From: Schizosaccharomyces osmophilus | Taxonomy: Eukaryota | Reading direction: 5' to 3' | Assembly: GCF_027921745.1 (NCBI RefSeq) | Contig: NC_079238.1 | Location: 682,001-746,000 of the forward strand | Length of the DNA stretch: 64,000 bases | Shown here: positions 10,709 to 23,000 of the stretch, piece after piece | Position numbering within the stretch: the first letter of the stretch is position 1 | Layout of the letters: the number at the start of each line of letters is the position of its first letter | Notes under the pieces: generated by a model | Databases searched by the model: none | Told to the model about the DNA's origin: nothing | The model's input: only the letters and a program-made list of their open reading frames with translations | Position numbers and translations under genes: made by a program

Positions 10709-12943
10709 TCAGCTACAAGCACCATTCGTATCGAAAACAACAGACATATAATCTTCTTCCCTTTGCTTCTGTACATTATCGTAGGCGTCCCACACCGTTG
10801 GCTTATTATGTTGTTCTTGCTGAGGATGAAGGGGAGACACTTCGGTTTGGAACTTTTGAGGAAATTGCTGGGGAATGTGCTGACGAGAATGCAAGGATTG
10901 CGCTAACTGCTCAGACGATAAGGCATCATTTCCATGATAATGAACATTAGAAACTTCATCATTGCCATCATCCAAAAAGCCGCCGATTTCGGCGACCCAA
11001 GTCATGTATTCATCGACCCAACAACGGATCACCCATAAAGCACCAAATGCTTTACCACCGCCGACTGTAATCTCCCGGAGTACACTGGTTTGTAATGCGC
11101 TCAAATAAAGTAAAAACGTTCTTGGAGAGCAAGATGGAAATCTCGAAGGCAGTTCTAAAAAGAAATCGGCCATTCTGTCCAAAACCCCATCAATTTGACG
11201 CAACTCTATCCTATGCATAGCCATATCATTTACATTTGACTGTTCTTTTAAAGGATCATGAAGCTCTGATGGACTAGAGCAAGTCGAAAGAAGAGAAAAC
11301 CATTCGTCAAGAACGTTTACGGCCTCTTTATCGTTTTGCATCACTTCTCGAGACACGATTACCTTCGTGTTCACAAATCGTTCCCAATCGCTACAAATTA
11401 GTTGCCGGTCGGCAGGGTTAGCCAAAAATCTAGCTGCAGCATGTGCTGTATCATTTACCCTTAGAAGGCGGGACAGTAGATTACTGAATGCAGCAGCAGT
11501 CTCAATCTTTACTTGTGCCAAGCAAGGTGAATGAGAGCTGTATATATTAGACATATGACTAAGAAGGTTTTCAGTCAAATGTCGCAACAACACCAAGACG
11601 GGAGTCGGTACTACTTGTAATGTCATGGGAAACAAAAGCTTTAATATTTCCTGATACATAATCATATCCGACTTCTCAATCCATCTGGAAAAGAAGGGTG
11701 AAGCGAGCAATGCAAGAAGAGAGGGTGAAAGGCTATCCGGAAAACTAGATATTTCAGAAAGGAACTGCTTTAAATGCATATAACGTATTGACTCAATGAG
11801 GGTAATGCAATGAGAGGAATAAACCGTCATGAGAGCTGCCTTTGCCTCATGATTATCAAAAGGGGTACTTAAATAGTAATCAATCGGAGGTAGTGAAAAG
11901 GAAGATATATCTAATGAAGGAATCCAAGGAAGTTTATGAGGTGGTAGGAACTTAAGCCTTAGTTTGTACACCGAATTTTGAGTATACCAAAATTTGGGAT
12001 TGGCTTCTGAATGCATAGACGGGCCAAGGCTTTGGTTTGAAGGATTGAACGGAGGCGTGAAATGGTGAACAGAAGATGAAAATGCAGGGTTCGAGGGGAC
12101 AGGTTGATGAGAAAGTTGAGTGGGTATGGTGGAAGACTGGGAGGGAAATAGTCTAGGAGAACTGGCGGAGTGCGGTTGCGTGTTGACGGAGGAAGTTAAC
12201 AAAGAAATTGGGGGCGACGAAGAAGTATACGGGTCAGAAAGAGGAGCACTGGCTTTAAATGTTACAGGAGTTGTACTAGCAGGATCAACAGGAGGAGGAT
12301 ACGCAGGAGCCATTTGGCCGACATCGGTATCAAAGTTAGAAGAGAGGGATTTTGTGAATGATAAAGATGAGTCAGGGGAAACGCTCGACTCGGAAATGCG
12401 ACGGTGCTTTCGAAATGGTTCATGACCACGTAGCTTTAAGCCACAGTAATGGTACTTCGAATGACCTCGAGTGCCAAGCCGCCGGGTTTTAATGGTCGGG
12501 AATAGCATGCGAACAAGTTTACCAAAAGAAGCGGAACTCAATGTTTTCACATGATAGACGTTGCAAGCATCAACATATTGGGCATATATTTGGTTTCTCT
12601 GAACAGCAGCATCTTCTTGGTCTTCACAGGATTGTTTGAGCCAACAAACTCCGAAAATTTGGCGAAGCTTTTCGGCATTTCCTCCATAAGGATCCATTCG
12701 GATCTTTTCAGCAATCGAGTCAAGAGAACAGTTTTCAAACTCTGAAGCCAGTTTTCGAATCTCATACTCTTGATCTTCAGTAGACTTACGAGAAGGTTGA
12801 TTGGGAAATGGATGGGGATTAGCAAACTCTTCGCTATGCTGAAACATAAAACGAGGATTAAACTGTTGTACAGAGTCCAATTGTGGTGCGTGAGCCATTT
12901 CAGGCTGCGGCAAAGATGTTCGCCCAGTCAAATTCGAATCCAT
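10709..12943 (-). CDS. sak1: RFX-family transcription factor Sak1
   Basis: RFX DNA-binding domain ASFGKLVRMLFPTIKTRRLGTRGHSKYHYCGL plus a C-terminal RFX dimerisation region. Confidence 0.93.
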   Translation of the reverse strand: MDSNLTGRTSLPQPEMAHAPQLDSVQQFNPRFMFQHSEEFANPHPFPNQPSRKSTEDQEYEIRKLASEFENCSLDSIAEKIRMDPYGGNAEKLRQIFGVCWLKQSCEDQEDAAVQRNQIYAQYVDACNVYHVKTLSSASFGKLVRMLFPTIKTRRLGTRGHSKYHYCGLKLRGHEPFRKHRRISESSVSPDSSLSFTKSLSSNFDTDVGQMAPAYPPPVDPASTTPVTFKASAPLSDPYTSSSPPISLLTSSVNTQPHSASSPRLFPSQSSTIPTQLSHQPVPSNPAFSSSVHHFTPPFNPSNQSLGPSMHSEANPKFWYTQNSVYKLRLKFLPPHKLPWIPSLDISSFSLPPIDYYLSTPFDNHEAKAALMTVYSSHCITLIESIRYMHLKQFLSEISSFPDSLSPSLLALLASPFFSRWIEKSDMIMYQEILKLLFPMTLQVVPTPVLVLLRHLTENLLSHMSNIYSSHSPCLAQVKIETAAAFSNLLSRLLRVNDTAHAAARFLANPADRQLICSDWERFVNTKVIVSREVMQNDKEAVNVLDEWFSLLSTCSSPSELHDPLKEQSNVNDMAMHRIELRQIDGVLDRMADFFLELPSRFPSCSPRTFLLYLSALQTSVLREITVGGGKAFGALWVIRCWVDEYMTWVAEIGGFLDDGNDEVSNVHYHGNDALSSEQLAQSLHSRQHIPQQFPQKFQTEVSPLHPQQEQHNKPTVWDAYDNVQKQREEDYMSVVFDTNGACS

Positions 12944-13820
12944 GACTTTTTAGTTCAAATGAACGTTTGTGGTGACAAAGAAGGATAGAAATGGTGAAAA
13001 ATGACCAAACTATTCACCTGCCAAGTTGGAACCTCGTTAGAACAGAGACTGTAGCCCAACTGGCTGAAAATTTGAATGCGTTCCAACGAAATTGTCCAAG
13101 AAACTCCAACCTAAAAAAAAACAAAGGAATAAAAAAAGGCTACAGCAAACGCTTTCCTTCGGTTGAGGAAAAGCACAGCCTGTAAAGTGAGAAATTCCTG
13201 TTTTCCTATGCACAACGGGGCTCGTTCTTTATCCTTATTCAATTACTGGGAAAATCAAGAATGATGTACGAAAAAAAGAACGAAAGCTAATGTCCGCCAA
13301 ATAGAAAAACTAAAAAAATAAAATAAAATAAAAATTGTCCTTGATATTACAGAGAAACGCTCTTTTGTTCAAGTAAAAGCTTTCATTTTCTCAGGTTTCC
13401 AATATAGGTAATGATTTCCTTTTTTTCTTATTGCGATGGAATACAAAACTTGTCGCTCCATTTCACTATACGCGTATGTGGTGAATGATGGGAGCTTGTT
13501 TATGTTTTGAAAACCGGGGACCTTTTCGCTTTCGCTTAAAAATAGTTGTATCTAGACATAATTCAATTCTTCATCTTGAAAATAATAAACTAAGCTTCGT
13601 ATCTTTACGCGCATGAAAAAAACCTGAATCCATCCTTCCTATGTGAGAAGGTGACGCGACATAGGACATAGGCATTCACAAGCTCTCAATGTCTTAATAT
13701 CATTTCGGTGAGATGGAATCCATTTACGAAAAAGGTCCTAGCTACTTTCTGAAATGGAACAGTCTTGGTAGAAGTTGAGTTGTCTCTCGTAAACTTATGT
13801 TTATATTGGTAGCGCGAATC

Positions 13821-13865
13821 CCATGGCAACCGTTACCATTGTTTACAACGCGAAATTGTAAACAA
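13821..13865. promoter_or_regulatory. Cluster of an RFX X-box half-site, two forkhead sites and an MCB-like core in the sak1/msw1 divergent intergenic region
   Basis: CCATGGCAAC 13821-13830, GTTACC 13832-13837, TGTTTAC 13840-13846, ACGCGA 13848-13853, TGTAAACAA 13857-13865. Confidence 0.55.
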
Positions 13866-14221
13866 AAAGACGAAAAGAAATTACTATTCTAAAGATACAA
13901 AAGAAAAAGAAACTGTTCTTTGCGAGTTCCATTTTGTTGATTGAGGTTTTAGTTTAATCGACCTTTGTTTTTCTCTTTTACTTTATTAGTTATATAGAAT
14001 GAAACCTATTTACTGATATTTTCAATTCCAAGACACCAAAAGCTGTAGAAACTTCTTGCATTCAAAAAGTACTACCACCATTCCATTCCTAGTTTTCAAC
14101 CTCCAACGGTCTATTATTGCCATTTTCTGGCGTTGCTTCATCTGTGATTTCTTTAATACACTAGACTTGACTTAGTTTCTCTCTTTTATCCAAGGAATTT
14201 TTGGTGATTTTGAATTTTTTG

Positions 14222-15662
14222 ATGAATATTTCAAATCTAAGTCGTGTCTTAGGAAGTTCTGCCCGAATCGTGTCTGGAATCCAACCGACGGGAATTCCCC
14301 ACATAGGCAATTATTTAGGATCACTGCGACAATGGACCGAATTACAAAATTCCATTCCGTCTAATTCTTCTTCTCAATGTTTTTTCTTTGTCGCTGATTT
14401 ACATGCATTGACCGTCCCCCAGGTTCCTCAAGATTTCTATCAAAGGCGTATGGATACCTTGGCAATTCTGCTGTCCATCGGCATCGATCCACAGAGGTCC
14501 ACCCTGTTTTTCCAATCTGATGTATGTTTTGTCTTGCCTTGTGAATGTATTATAGAGTGAATCACTTTTTACTTTGTATGGATGATGTTGTAGTTGTTGA
14601 TCTCGCTTTCGTCCTCAAAACCCCACGCGGTTTCTTCTTCTTTTCAAACCCATCATACACTACATCTCCTAATGACTAGACTGTTCTTCTGTATAAAACT
14701 CAAGCGATTACTAACCAACGTATAGGTTCCCTATCACACCGAGTTGAACTGGCTGATGGGCTGTCATACCCCAATGGGTCAGTTGAATCGAATGACTCAG
14801 TGGAAGGTAAGTGATATTACTAGTGAAAGGAACCAGAAGAAAAACCTAATCGATATTTTATTTAGTCGAAACTTCAGCTCCATGAGATGGACGCTGTTAC
14901 GTTTTTGAATACAAATCTCGCTTCTTCGGGTAAATTCAATTTAGGCCTCTTTTCGTATCCAGTCCTTCAGGCAGCAGACATCCTTCTCTACGGGTAAGTA
15001 AGATACTTCCTTCAGTATTCTTCCTGGCCACTAACTTAACTCTCTAGCGCTACTCACATCCCTGTCGGAAAGGACCAAAGTCAACATATAGAACTTACGC
15101 GTACTATCGCACGAAAAATTAATTCTACTTTTAAAAAAGAGTTATTCATAATCCCAGATATTATTTTAAGTAAGAGAACTGAAAATTATGCTAATAATTC
15201 TAACAATCAGACTCATCAAGTTCCATCATGGCATTGAAACAACCTAACAAAAAAATGTCCAAATCCGACCAAAATTCAAAAAATTATATCCTTTTAACTG
15301 ATTCTGAACAGGACATTAGGAAAAAAATCGCAGGCGCTGCTACCGATAATATTGAAGGCATTACCTATGGAGATCCAAACCGGCCTGCAATTAATAATTT
15401 ACTAAACATGACGGCTGCTATGACGGATTCAAGCCCCATTACAATAGCCGAAAAATTCAAGCATGCGAGACACTCAGAATTTAAGTCGTCCGTAGCTGAT
15501 ATTATGGTTGGTAGTATCACCCCTTTTGCAAGGTCGTATCAGCAATGGAAAGCAAATCCATCCGAACTTCAATCTATTGCTGAAAATGGAGCGAAAAAAG
15601 CAATGAATCAAGCATTTCCATTTATGAAGGACTTTAAAAATACATTTGGTTTAGGGCCTTAA
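14222..15662 (+). CDS. msw1: Mitochondrial tryptophanyl-tRNA synthetase, 5 exons
   Basis: SGIQPTGIPHIGNYLG (HIGH motif), DLHALT, YPVLQAADILLY, PVGKDQ and KMSKS; introns 14522-14725, 14807-14865, 14994-15047 and 15170-15210. Confidence 0.93.
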
Positions 15663-15672
15663 ATTCAAGAAT

Positions 15673-18600
15673 TTACCCGTTCATTTTCCATACGTGTGAA
15701 AGTAAATTTTTTTGTCCCTCTGTTAAGTCTCCAAGGATTGACATTGTTTTTTCCTCACTTTGAACAACCGAATTAACGACCAGACAAGTATTAAATGTCG
15801 CCCTTCTAATTTCCGCGTCAGGGTGCTCAATATATTTAATGACAACTTCTTTTATTAACCTTTCCATCAGTGGATGCGTAAAATCGTTAAATCGCTTAAG
15901 GAATTCAGAAAAAAATAATAAGCATAAAGCCATCTTTTTTTCAGATATTTGCCTTTGAAGTAGCATGTCATGAATAAATATCACTGATTTCTCTGCTCTC
16001 CACACATTTGCAATCACTGAAACTAGATCCTCTACAGCTGCCATGATTATAGGATCGTCTCTTTGTTGTTCTCCCTTCTCTAAGATTATGGAAAAAGTGC
16101 ACTCGTATTGATTGTCTTCAATTGTTTGATATCTTTGGACGATATATACATGTAAGAGCAGTAAACTGTCGGAAACATGCACGTTTTGATTTTCAATTTT
16201 AATAAATTCAAGAAGGGAAGAGAAAAGATCCGTATGCTCCTTTAAAGCAGAAGGGGCTTCCTTGCAGATAGACAGGCAAATTTTTATTAGCTTGCTGGAA
16301 ATGCTACCATCCTTGAAAGCCTCAATTGTATTAGTACAATATTGCGATATCTTTTTTAGATCCATATTCCTTATCTTAGAGGACCCCTTTTCTAACTTTT
16401 TCATTCGATTCTGTAACCATTTATTATGAGGCACTACATTTGGCTTAGAGTTAGTAGCACCTGCAGCAAACTCCTCAACTTTAAGCCTTTCGACATTCGG
16501 CAACTCAGCCAAACTTTCTTTTCTAGAATTACTTATCACTGATGGTGAAAGCGGTTGTGGTAGATCACCGACGATTGTTTCTTCAGTGAGCGATCTTGAT
16601 ACATCTGACATAGGAGAAGATACTGTAGGATCAGAAACAGGGACCTTAAGTTCTGAAAAACTCAAACTAATATCATCCCCCGGAGTATTTTGTTGTTCTA
16701 AGGTTTGGTTTGCAGGTTCGCGAACATCTTCATTGTTGTTGCTTTCTTTAATAAAACCTTCACTCCTTTGTTTTTCATCTGAGTATTTAGATACTTGCGT
16801 AGAGATTATTGATAGCTCTTCCTCTGATGGAATATGTTTGTCCTGTGAAACTTGTATATTCATTTCCGAATCTTTCATGAGTTGTTCAGCACCATAATTT
16901 TCTTTTGTAAATGGGTGCCCAGTCATCAAAACGCTCGTAGTCTTTTCTTCTGCCTTCCCCTTTCCAGTCCCATTAACATTGTTTGAGTTCATTGTATTCG
17001 ACTTATCGGTCAGAACATTCATTGACGGTGCAGGTGCAGATACAGTCTTTTCGGTTTCTATAAAACTCGGAGAAGACTTGTCTTGTTGCTTTAACAGTTC
17101 ATCCTTCCTTGGGGAAAACTCTGAAGCATCATAAACCCAAATGTTATCTTTTCTTTTACTTAAATCAAGGGGCGGCTGTTGCTCAAGCTGATCTACATGT
17201 TCGGTATGTTCGATCATACTCTTATCTTCCAGAATTTTGTTGTCATCTCCTTTTGTTTGACCTTGACCCCAAAACAAAGAATTAGGTTCAACCTCATTTT
17301 CCCTCTCCACTTGTTCAGCTTTAACTGGCTGTGAAGAACTCAATGAATCATTAGCAACATCATAAGCCAAGTCGGAAGTGAAAGAAGCAGATTGATTATC
17401 AGCATTAAAGTGGTCTTTTGAAGGAGAGTTACTAAGGATATCCACATCTTGGGGCTCATGAATGATGTTTTCTACAGGAACCGTTAAATTGGAAGTACCT
17501 TTGAAAGCCTCCTTTGAAGGGGAAATCATCATATCCTTTGGAATATCACCCTCGGCATCATTATTTTTCTTTATGGAGTCTCCAGTAACTTGATTTGGTA
17601 AGCTCGTCATGCTGCTTTCGTTGCTCTTCTTGAATTCATCTTGGTATGCCCAAGAATGGAGAAGTTTTGTTTTAGATTCCTTGTCCATCCCTGCAAGCAG
17701 CATGTCAAACCCGTCGGGATCAAAGGAGTTGAATGCGTAGAGTAAACCACTTAAAGGCAACCAGTTTTTGGATGTCAACCGAGTTTTTGTGATCATAGGA
17801 ATGATTTTAGAGGAGCAAAGTTTCAGCTGCTCAAGACTAAAATCGGAAGAGGGGGACGAGTTGCTATTCGTATGCCTTATGTACTGTAACTCACCTTCCA
17901 ATATCTCTTTCATCCACAATAAACAACCGTGAATTACAATTCGTTTTTGATTTGTATTGAAAGAGAGGTTTTTGTGAGAAGGCGCCATACTAGATATTTC
18001 CATAAGCAAATCAAAAAGAATAAAGAAATACTTATTAGGAGGATGACGACTTTTAAGATAAGGAAATGAGGTCAAAGCAAAGGTGTTACCGGCATTGGAT
18101 AAATCATAGATTGAAAGGAGGAATTGAGAAAGAAAGGACTGGGTATCGATACAATGGCACAAAAGTTCAATCAAAGCTGGTGTATATAAAATGGAATAAA
18201 GAAGCGGAGTACCGTGAAAAAGTGTATGTGTTAAAAATGGCACGTAAGAAGTAAATGATTGAGGGAAGAAAGAATCGTTAGCTTGTTTAAATTCGCAGTC
18301 TTTTTGTAAATTTTTCAGTTTTTCAAAGGAGCTGGTTTCTGAGCTTTCACGTAAATTTGAAGCGGTTTGTTTTTTAGAACTTTGAGGAGTGGCAGAAGAC
18401 GAAGGATGGCTTAATCCTGCATTTGAGCTGGAGGGTGTACTTACTGCGGAACTACTCTTCGATTGTGATTCTGCTCTCTCCCGAGTTGGTGCCACCATTC
18501 GTTGGGGTAACCCTAGCTTTCGTTGAGGGACAGGTGGTGTAAAGGGAATTTCGTCTTTTGGGGTTTTGACCTCAGGACGGATACTAGGTGTCATTGACTT

Positions 18601-20345
18601 TACGGGCGCTCTCTTTGGTCCTGGCATAGATGAAGGAGGAAGTTGTTGATTCCGATTAGGGTTTGCAAGCTCTAATTGTTTGATAGCAGAAGGTTCAAAT
18701 GTTTTGAGAAGCTCTTCCTTGCTATTTGGAAAGTACTCAACAAATTTCCAAAAAGATTTTCGATAAGACTCGCGGACTTGTGAATTAGAGTCTGTTATTC
18801 CTTTGCATATGATTTTTTCAAACAAACTTTGATTAACAGATATTTTGATATGTGATTTTGCAACCGGATACAAAGCAAGCAGTAAAGATATCCAGCCGCT
18901 AGCAAAAACGCGAAGCTGAGCATTAGTGTCGTTAGCAGCAAGTGAAACGTATTGCAAAGTTCTTGATAGAGGACCACATAAAGAGAGGATGGAAGCAAAG
19001 GTAACGTTAGCAGCCTGAGACACAATCCTCTTGGTGACAGAGCACATCTTCAAAAGATTTGGCAAGATAGCATCAAGATATCCATCCATATGGCTTTTAA
19101 GTATAAAAGCCATTTCTTTGAGGAGTTGTATCGTGGAATAGCTAAGCGTGGTACGCAATGACATAAAACCAACAAGGATACCACGAAGAAGCGACTTCAA
19201 AACAGACAGGAGTTCGGGTAAATACTGATCCGGGGCATTTCCACGCAGGTATCGACGAATTTGTAAGATATTGGATTGACGCAGAGACCAGTTTTGTTCA
19301 GTTTCACGTCCTTCAAATGAAGAAAGCATAGCAGCAACGTCTTGTTCGAGTTGCTTTGGGAAATTCACGTACAAAGGATCGACTTTTTCTAACTCGACAG
19401 CAGGATAAAAGGAAGAAATAATGGGCAAAGTGGAAGGTAGAGATAGGGAACCTGTGTGAGAAAGAGATGAAGAATCATCTGTGGATTGGGGGGATAAGTT
19501 TTTAGAAAAAAATTGAAGCAAATCCTTTCGAAGACCTTGATGCGACTCAAGTTCTCGAAGAAGGTGGGCCTTTGTAGAAGGCGAACAATCCTTGTGAAGG
19601 AGAACCAATAACTCTTTTGTATCTTCTCGAAGAGAAGGATCCGCATGCTCCAAATTGGCGAATAGAAAAGGGCGAAGAGCTTTAAGGTCAAAGGATAAAT
19701 CTGAACGATGGGCTAACGCAAACCATTTTAGAGCTTGTATACGGATCTCGGCGTTTTTGTTGGTTGACAAGGCATGGTGCAAACTTTTTTCAATTTCTAC
19801 AGGATTAAATTGCCAAAGCTCTAGCAGAATCGTGAGAATGCGTTTACTAAGATCTCGGGAAGCTAGATGGTCAAGTACAAGATTTTTTAAAAGTGGAACA
19901 CGAAATTTAACCCATGAGGGACATTGCGCCCGAAGTCTTCGAAGGAATGTTTCATAACATGAAATTGCACACCGAAGAATCAAAGGATTTACGGTTGCAA
20001 GAGAAGCTTTGAAGCACTCTATGTAGATAGGTAGATCTTCATTCTAAAAGCACAAATTAGCGACTGATCGAACGAAAGACAAGGAAAACGTCGTTTGTAA
20101 ACATAACGAAGCATGAGTATCAATCGCGCATGTAGACCTTTCCAAAGGTAAGTAGTTATACAACGTACAGGAATATTGTTTTTGTTGAAAAATGAGCGTA
20201 AAACGTCCAATTGGGATGTTTTTTCATCTGTAGAAACTAGAAAAGAAGGTTAGCAGGGGTTACCAAGGAAAGCAGAAATTGCAGAATTCAACGAACCATC
20301 GCTTTTCAGAAACTGGAAAAGATTACGTGCATCTCCTTCGGCCAT
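15673..20345 (-). CDS. peg1: CLASP-family microtubule-associated protein Peg1/Cls1, 3 exons
   Basis: CLASP_N motifs FEGRETEQNW, SLRTTLS and DSNSQVRE. ATG at 20345; introns 20296-20237 and about 20168-20044 give an open frame MAEGDARNLFQFLKSD/VSTDEK...NNIP/NEDLPIYIECF. Confidence 0.9.
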
Positions 20346-20510
20346 TGATTTTAGCTGGAAAGGAGGGAACAGAAACGAATGCAGTATGAAAACGAAAGAA
20401 AAACAAAGTACCGTGGTGTAGAAGGTAGAAGCGTCGTTAGCAGTAACAAGGATTGGGAGAGGAATCTGATTACCTCATATAGTTTTTTATTGATCACCGT
20501 ATCATAAAGC

Positions 20511-20582
20511 GGGCATATGATGCAGTGGTAGCATGCTCGCTTTGCATGCGAGTTGGCCTGGGTTCAATCCCCAGTGTGTCCA
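20511..20582 (+). tRNA. tRNA-Ala (TGC)
   Basis: Acceptor stem GGGCATA/TGTGTCC, anticodon arm CTCGC-TT TGC AT-GCGAG, T-loop GTTCAATC, followed by an oligo-T terminator. Confidence 0.95.
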
Positions 20583-20622
20583 ATCTTTTTTTGAACCTCA
20601 TTACTTGGAGTAATTCAATCAG

Positions 20623-20657
<35 letters not shown>

Positions 20658-22054
20658 CTCTATCTTTATTCAATTGTATCTGTCTTTTGCTATGATTCAT
20701 ATTGCTTTGTCTGAAACGACGCAACTGAAAGAAGTGAGAAAATATAAAAGGAAACAATCTTAGTAAACCGTAGAGGAAAAACTTTGTAATTTATTTGGAA
20801 ATTTGATAAAGCGTCAAATACATTTACTTTTCTAGACGCGAATTTTATTTTATTTTATTTATTTTTTCTGTAGCAAACAAAAGGTAAACAAACAAATCCT
20901 TTGCCATTATGTCATCTTAAAATTATATCGTAAGCGAAAGCCAAAAGCGTATTGAAAACATTTGACCAATTACGTATTGCATAGCTTTGTCCCCGATTAC
21001 TGCCATGTCGGTCTTTTACCATTTGTTTACATGGTATATAGAAGGCTTCATCGTGGTGTTTTGTTTTACTCATTGAAATAAAAGAATAATCATGTTAACA
21101 ATATGAGCAATTGATTGAATTTCTGAAACTTATTTATATGGTTGTCCATTCGTTCTCAAACAATTTTGCCAAGACAAATTCATGGATAGTTTTTTTTTTT
21201 GCGTCCGTGTCAACAACGACGTTAAGAATTAACTTACTCTACTAAGTGCATGACTTCCAGGAATAAAAGAGCTTATCTATGAAGCCCGTCTAATCTCGCT
21301 ACACTAAAACGGTTATCAATGATCCATTGATTTCAAAAGGATTGAAACTTGGGGAGCCTGACTTTGGGTTTGGTAGAATTCAGAGGATTTACTTCAAATA
21401 ATCCTTTACGTTAGACTACAGCGTCTTGACAATTTCATGAAGGAAGTATTGAATTACCGTAAGCTGTACACCGAATTGTAAGAGTTTGCTGCCGTTTTCC
21501 GGAGAATCACACACTTTGCGGACATCTGCCTTTATAGGTATTATGATGATGCAACTTATTGGTAGAGACTATATCCGAGAAGATCGTTGTCGCATATTGT
21601 CGAAGATTGACCTCTTCACTTGAGTGTAAAAAAGGCAAAAATCGCTGCCGGTAAGTACCTCAATCTATAGCTTTTTGCCGTTCCTACCAATCAAAAAGTA
21701 GAACATTATCCTCATAATTGACTCAAGATGAAATCCTTGGTACCTCCTTGAGCTCAGCTGGTACAGAGTCGTGCAGCATTTAGGATTTCACACGAAGGCA
21801 GATGGTTTTCAACAATTCAATTCAAATAGAAGCGCCTAAAAACTGATGAGCACTTTGGTTTTATGAAAGGAGTCAACAAGCAACAAACACACAGAAACAA
21901 GCAGTTGGGATTGTACTCTGCTTTGAAAGGATATTCACCACATGTTATAACAGCAAAAAGCCTGGAAACTGGTTTCAAAATAATAACCAAAGAAATTAAA
22001 GTAAACCTTTTATAAATCTTTACTATACAATTGGAAAGAATCCTTTTGTTCGTA

Positions 22055-22573
22055 CTATGGAAGATAGAGGGCATTTGCTACAACGTAATCACCATCATGA
22101 CTAACAGAGACAGATACAGGAGTAATAGACACGTTCGGCTTATGAATGTTGATCACAGGCATTCCTTGAACATAAAGGTTAGTAATCAAATCTGCATAGG
22201 CAAGAATCTACAACATCTTTCATGAACGCGGAATGTCTGTACATACCTTGTTTATTGTGTGCATACTCCATAAATGGCATGTAAATGTAGTACGAAGGTT
22301 GTAAAGCCTTAAATGTAGCTTCCTTTACGGACCAACTAACAGTCAACTGTTAGTATTCGGAGAAGGCGTATAAAACATTCAAAAACAAACTTACCGAACG
22401 CCTAGCCATTTAGCTCGTTGAGCCTGGGTGATTTGTGATCCTTGCAACAGACGATACTGTTGAATCTCTTTTGGATGAAGACATTTCTCTAAAAATCGTG
22501 ACTCGGTAAACTTTGATTTTTCAAGAAGCATCCGTATCCTAGATACCTTGAGAATATCTATTCCAATTCCCAT
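22055..22573 (-). CDS. new8: AcpS-type holo-[ACP] synthase / phosphopantetheinyl transferase (Ppt2-like), 3 exons
   Basis: GIGIDI, LGVRWSVKEATFKAL and VSVSHDGDYVVA motifs across two introns (GTAAGT at 22394 and GTATGT near 22246, each with a TACTAAC branch point). Confidence 0.88.
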
Positions 22574-23000
22574 GATTCCTTGAAGTATTTAGAATCACCT
22601 TTTGGTACAATCGTGAAAGTTGTCCGAAGCTGAGGCAGAAAGCTCAAAGCTACGAGCAATAGGGGTTCTTCTCTTTTCCAAACAAGAATTCTTATAAAGA
22701 ATTTTTTTCCAGCTAGTGAACGGGATTCGTAATGAAGAATAGTAAAGTGGTATCCTTTGAAGGTATAAACTCACTTGGTAGGTCGATAACTTTTAATATT
22801 TTTCTATTGATTTTACTTCAATAAATTAATTAATATCATTAAAACTTCATTGAAAACCACTCTTTGTAAGTTCCATTTTCGATCAAGTTTGTGCCCACTT
22901 ACCAAAGTTCAACCACCTTTTCCCTTTTTCATATTTATCAACATAGAAATCCAACGTTGAGCGATTGCAACGAAAAACTGCATCCTGGGGGGTTTTATCA

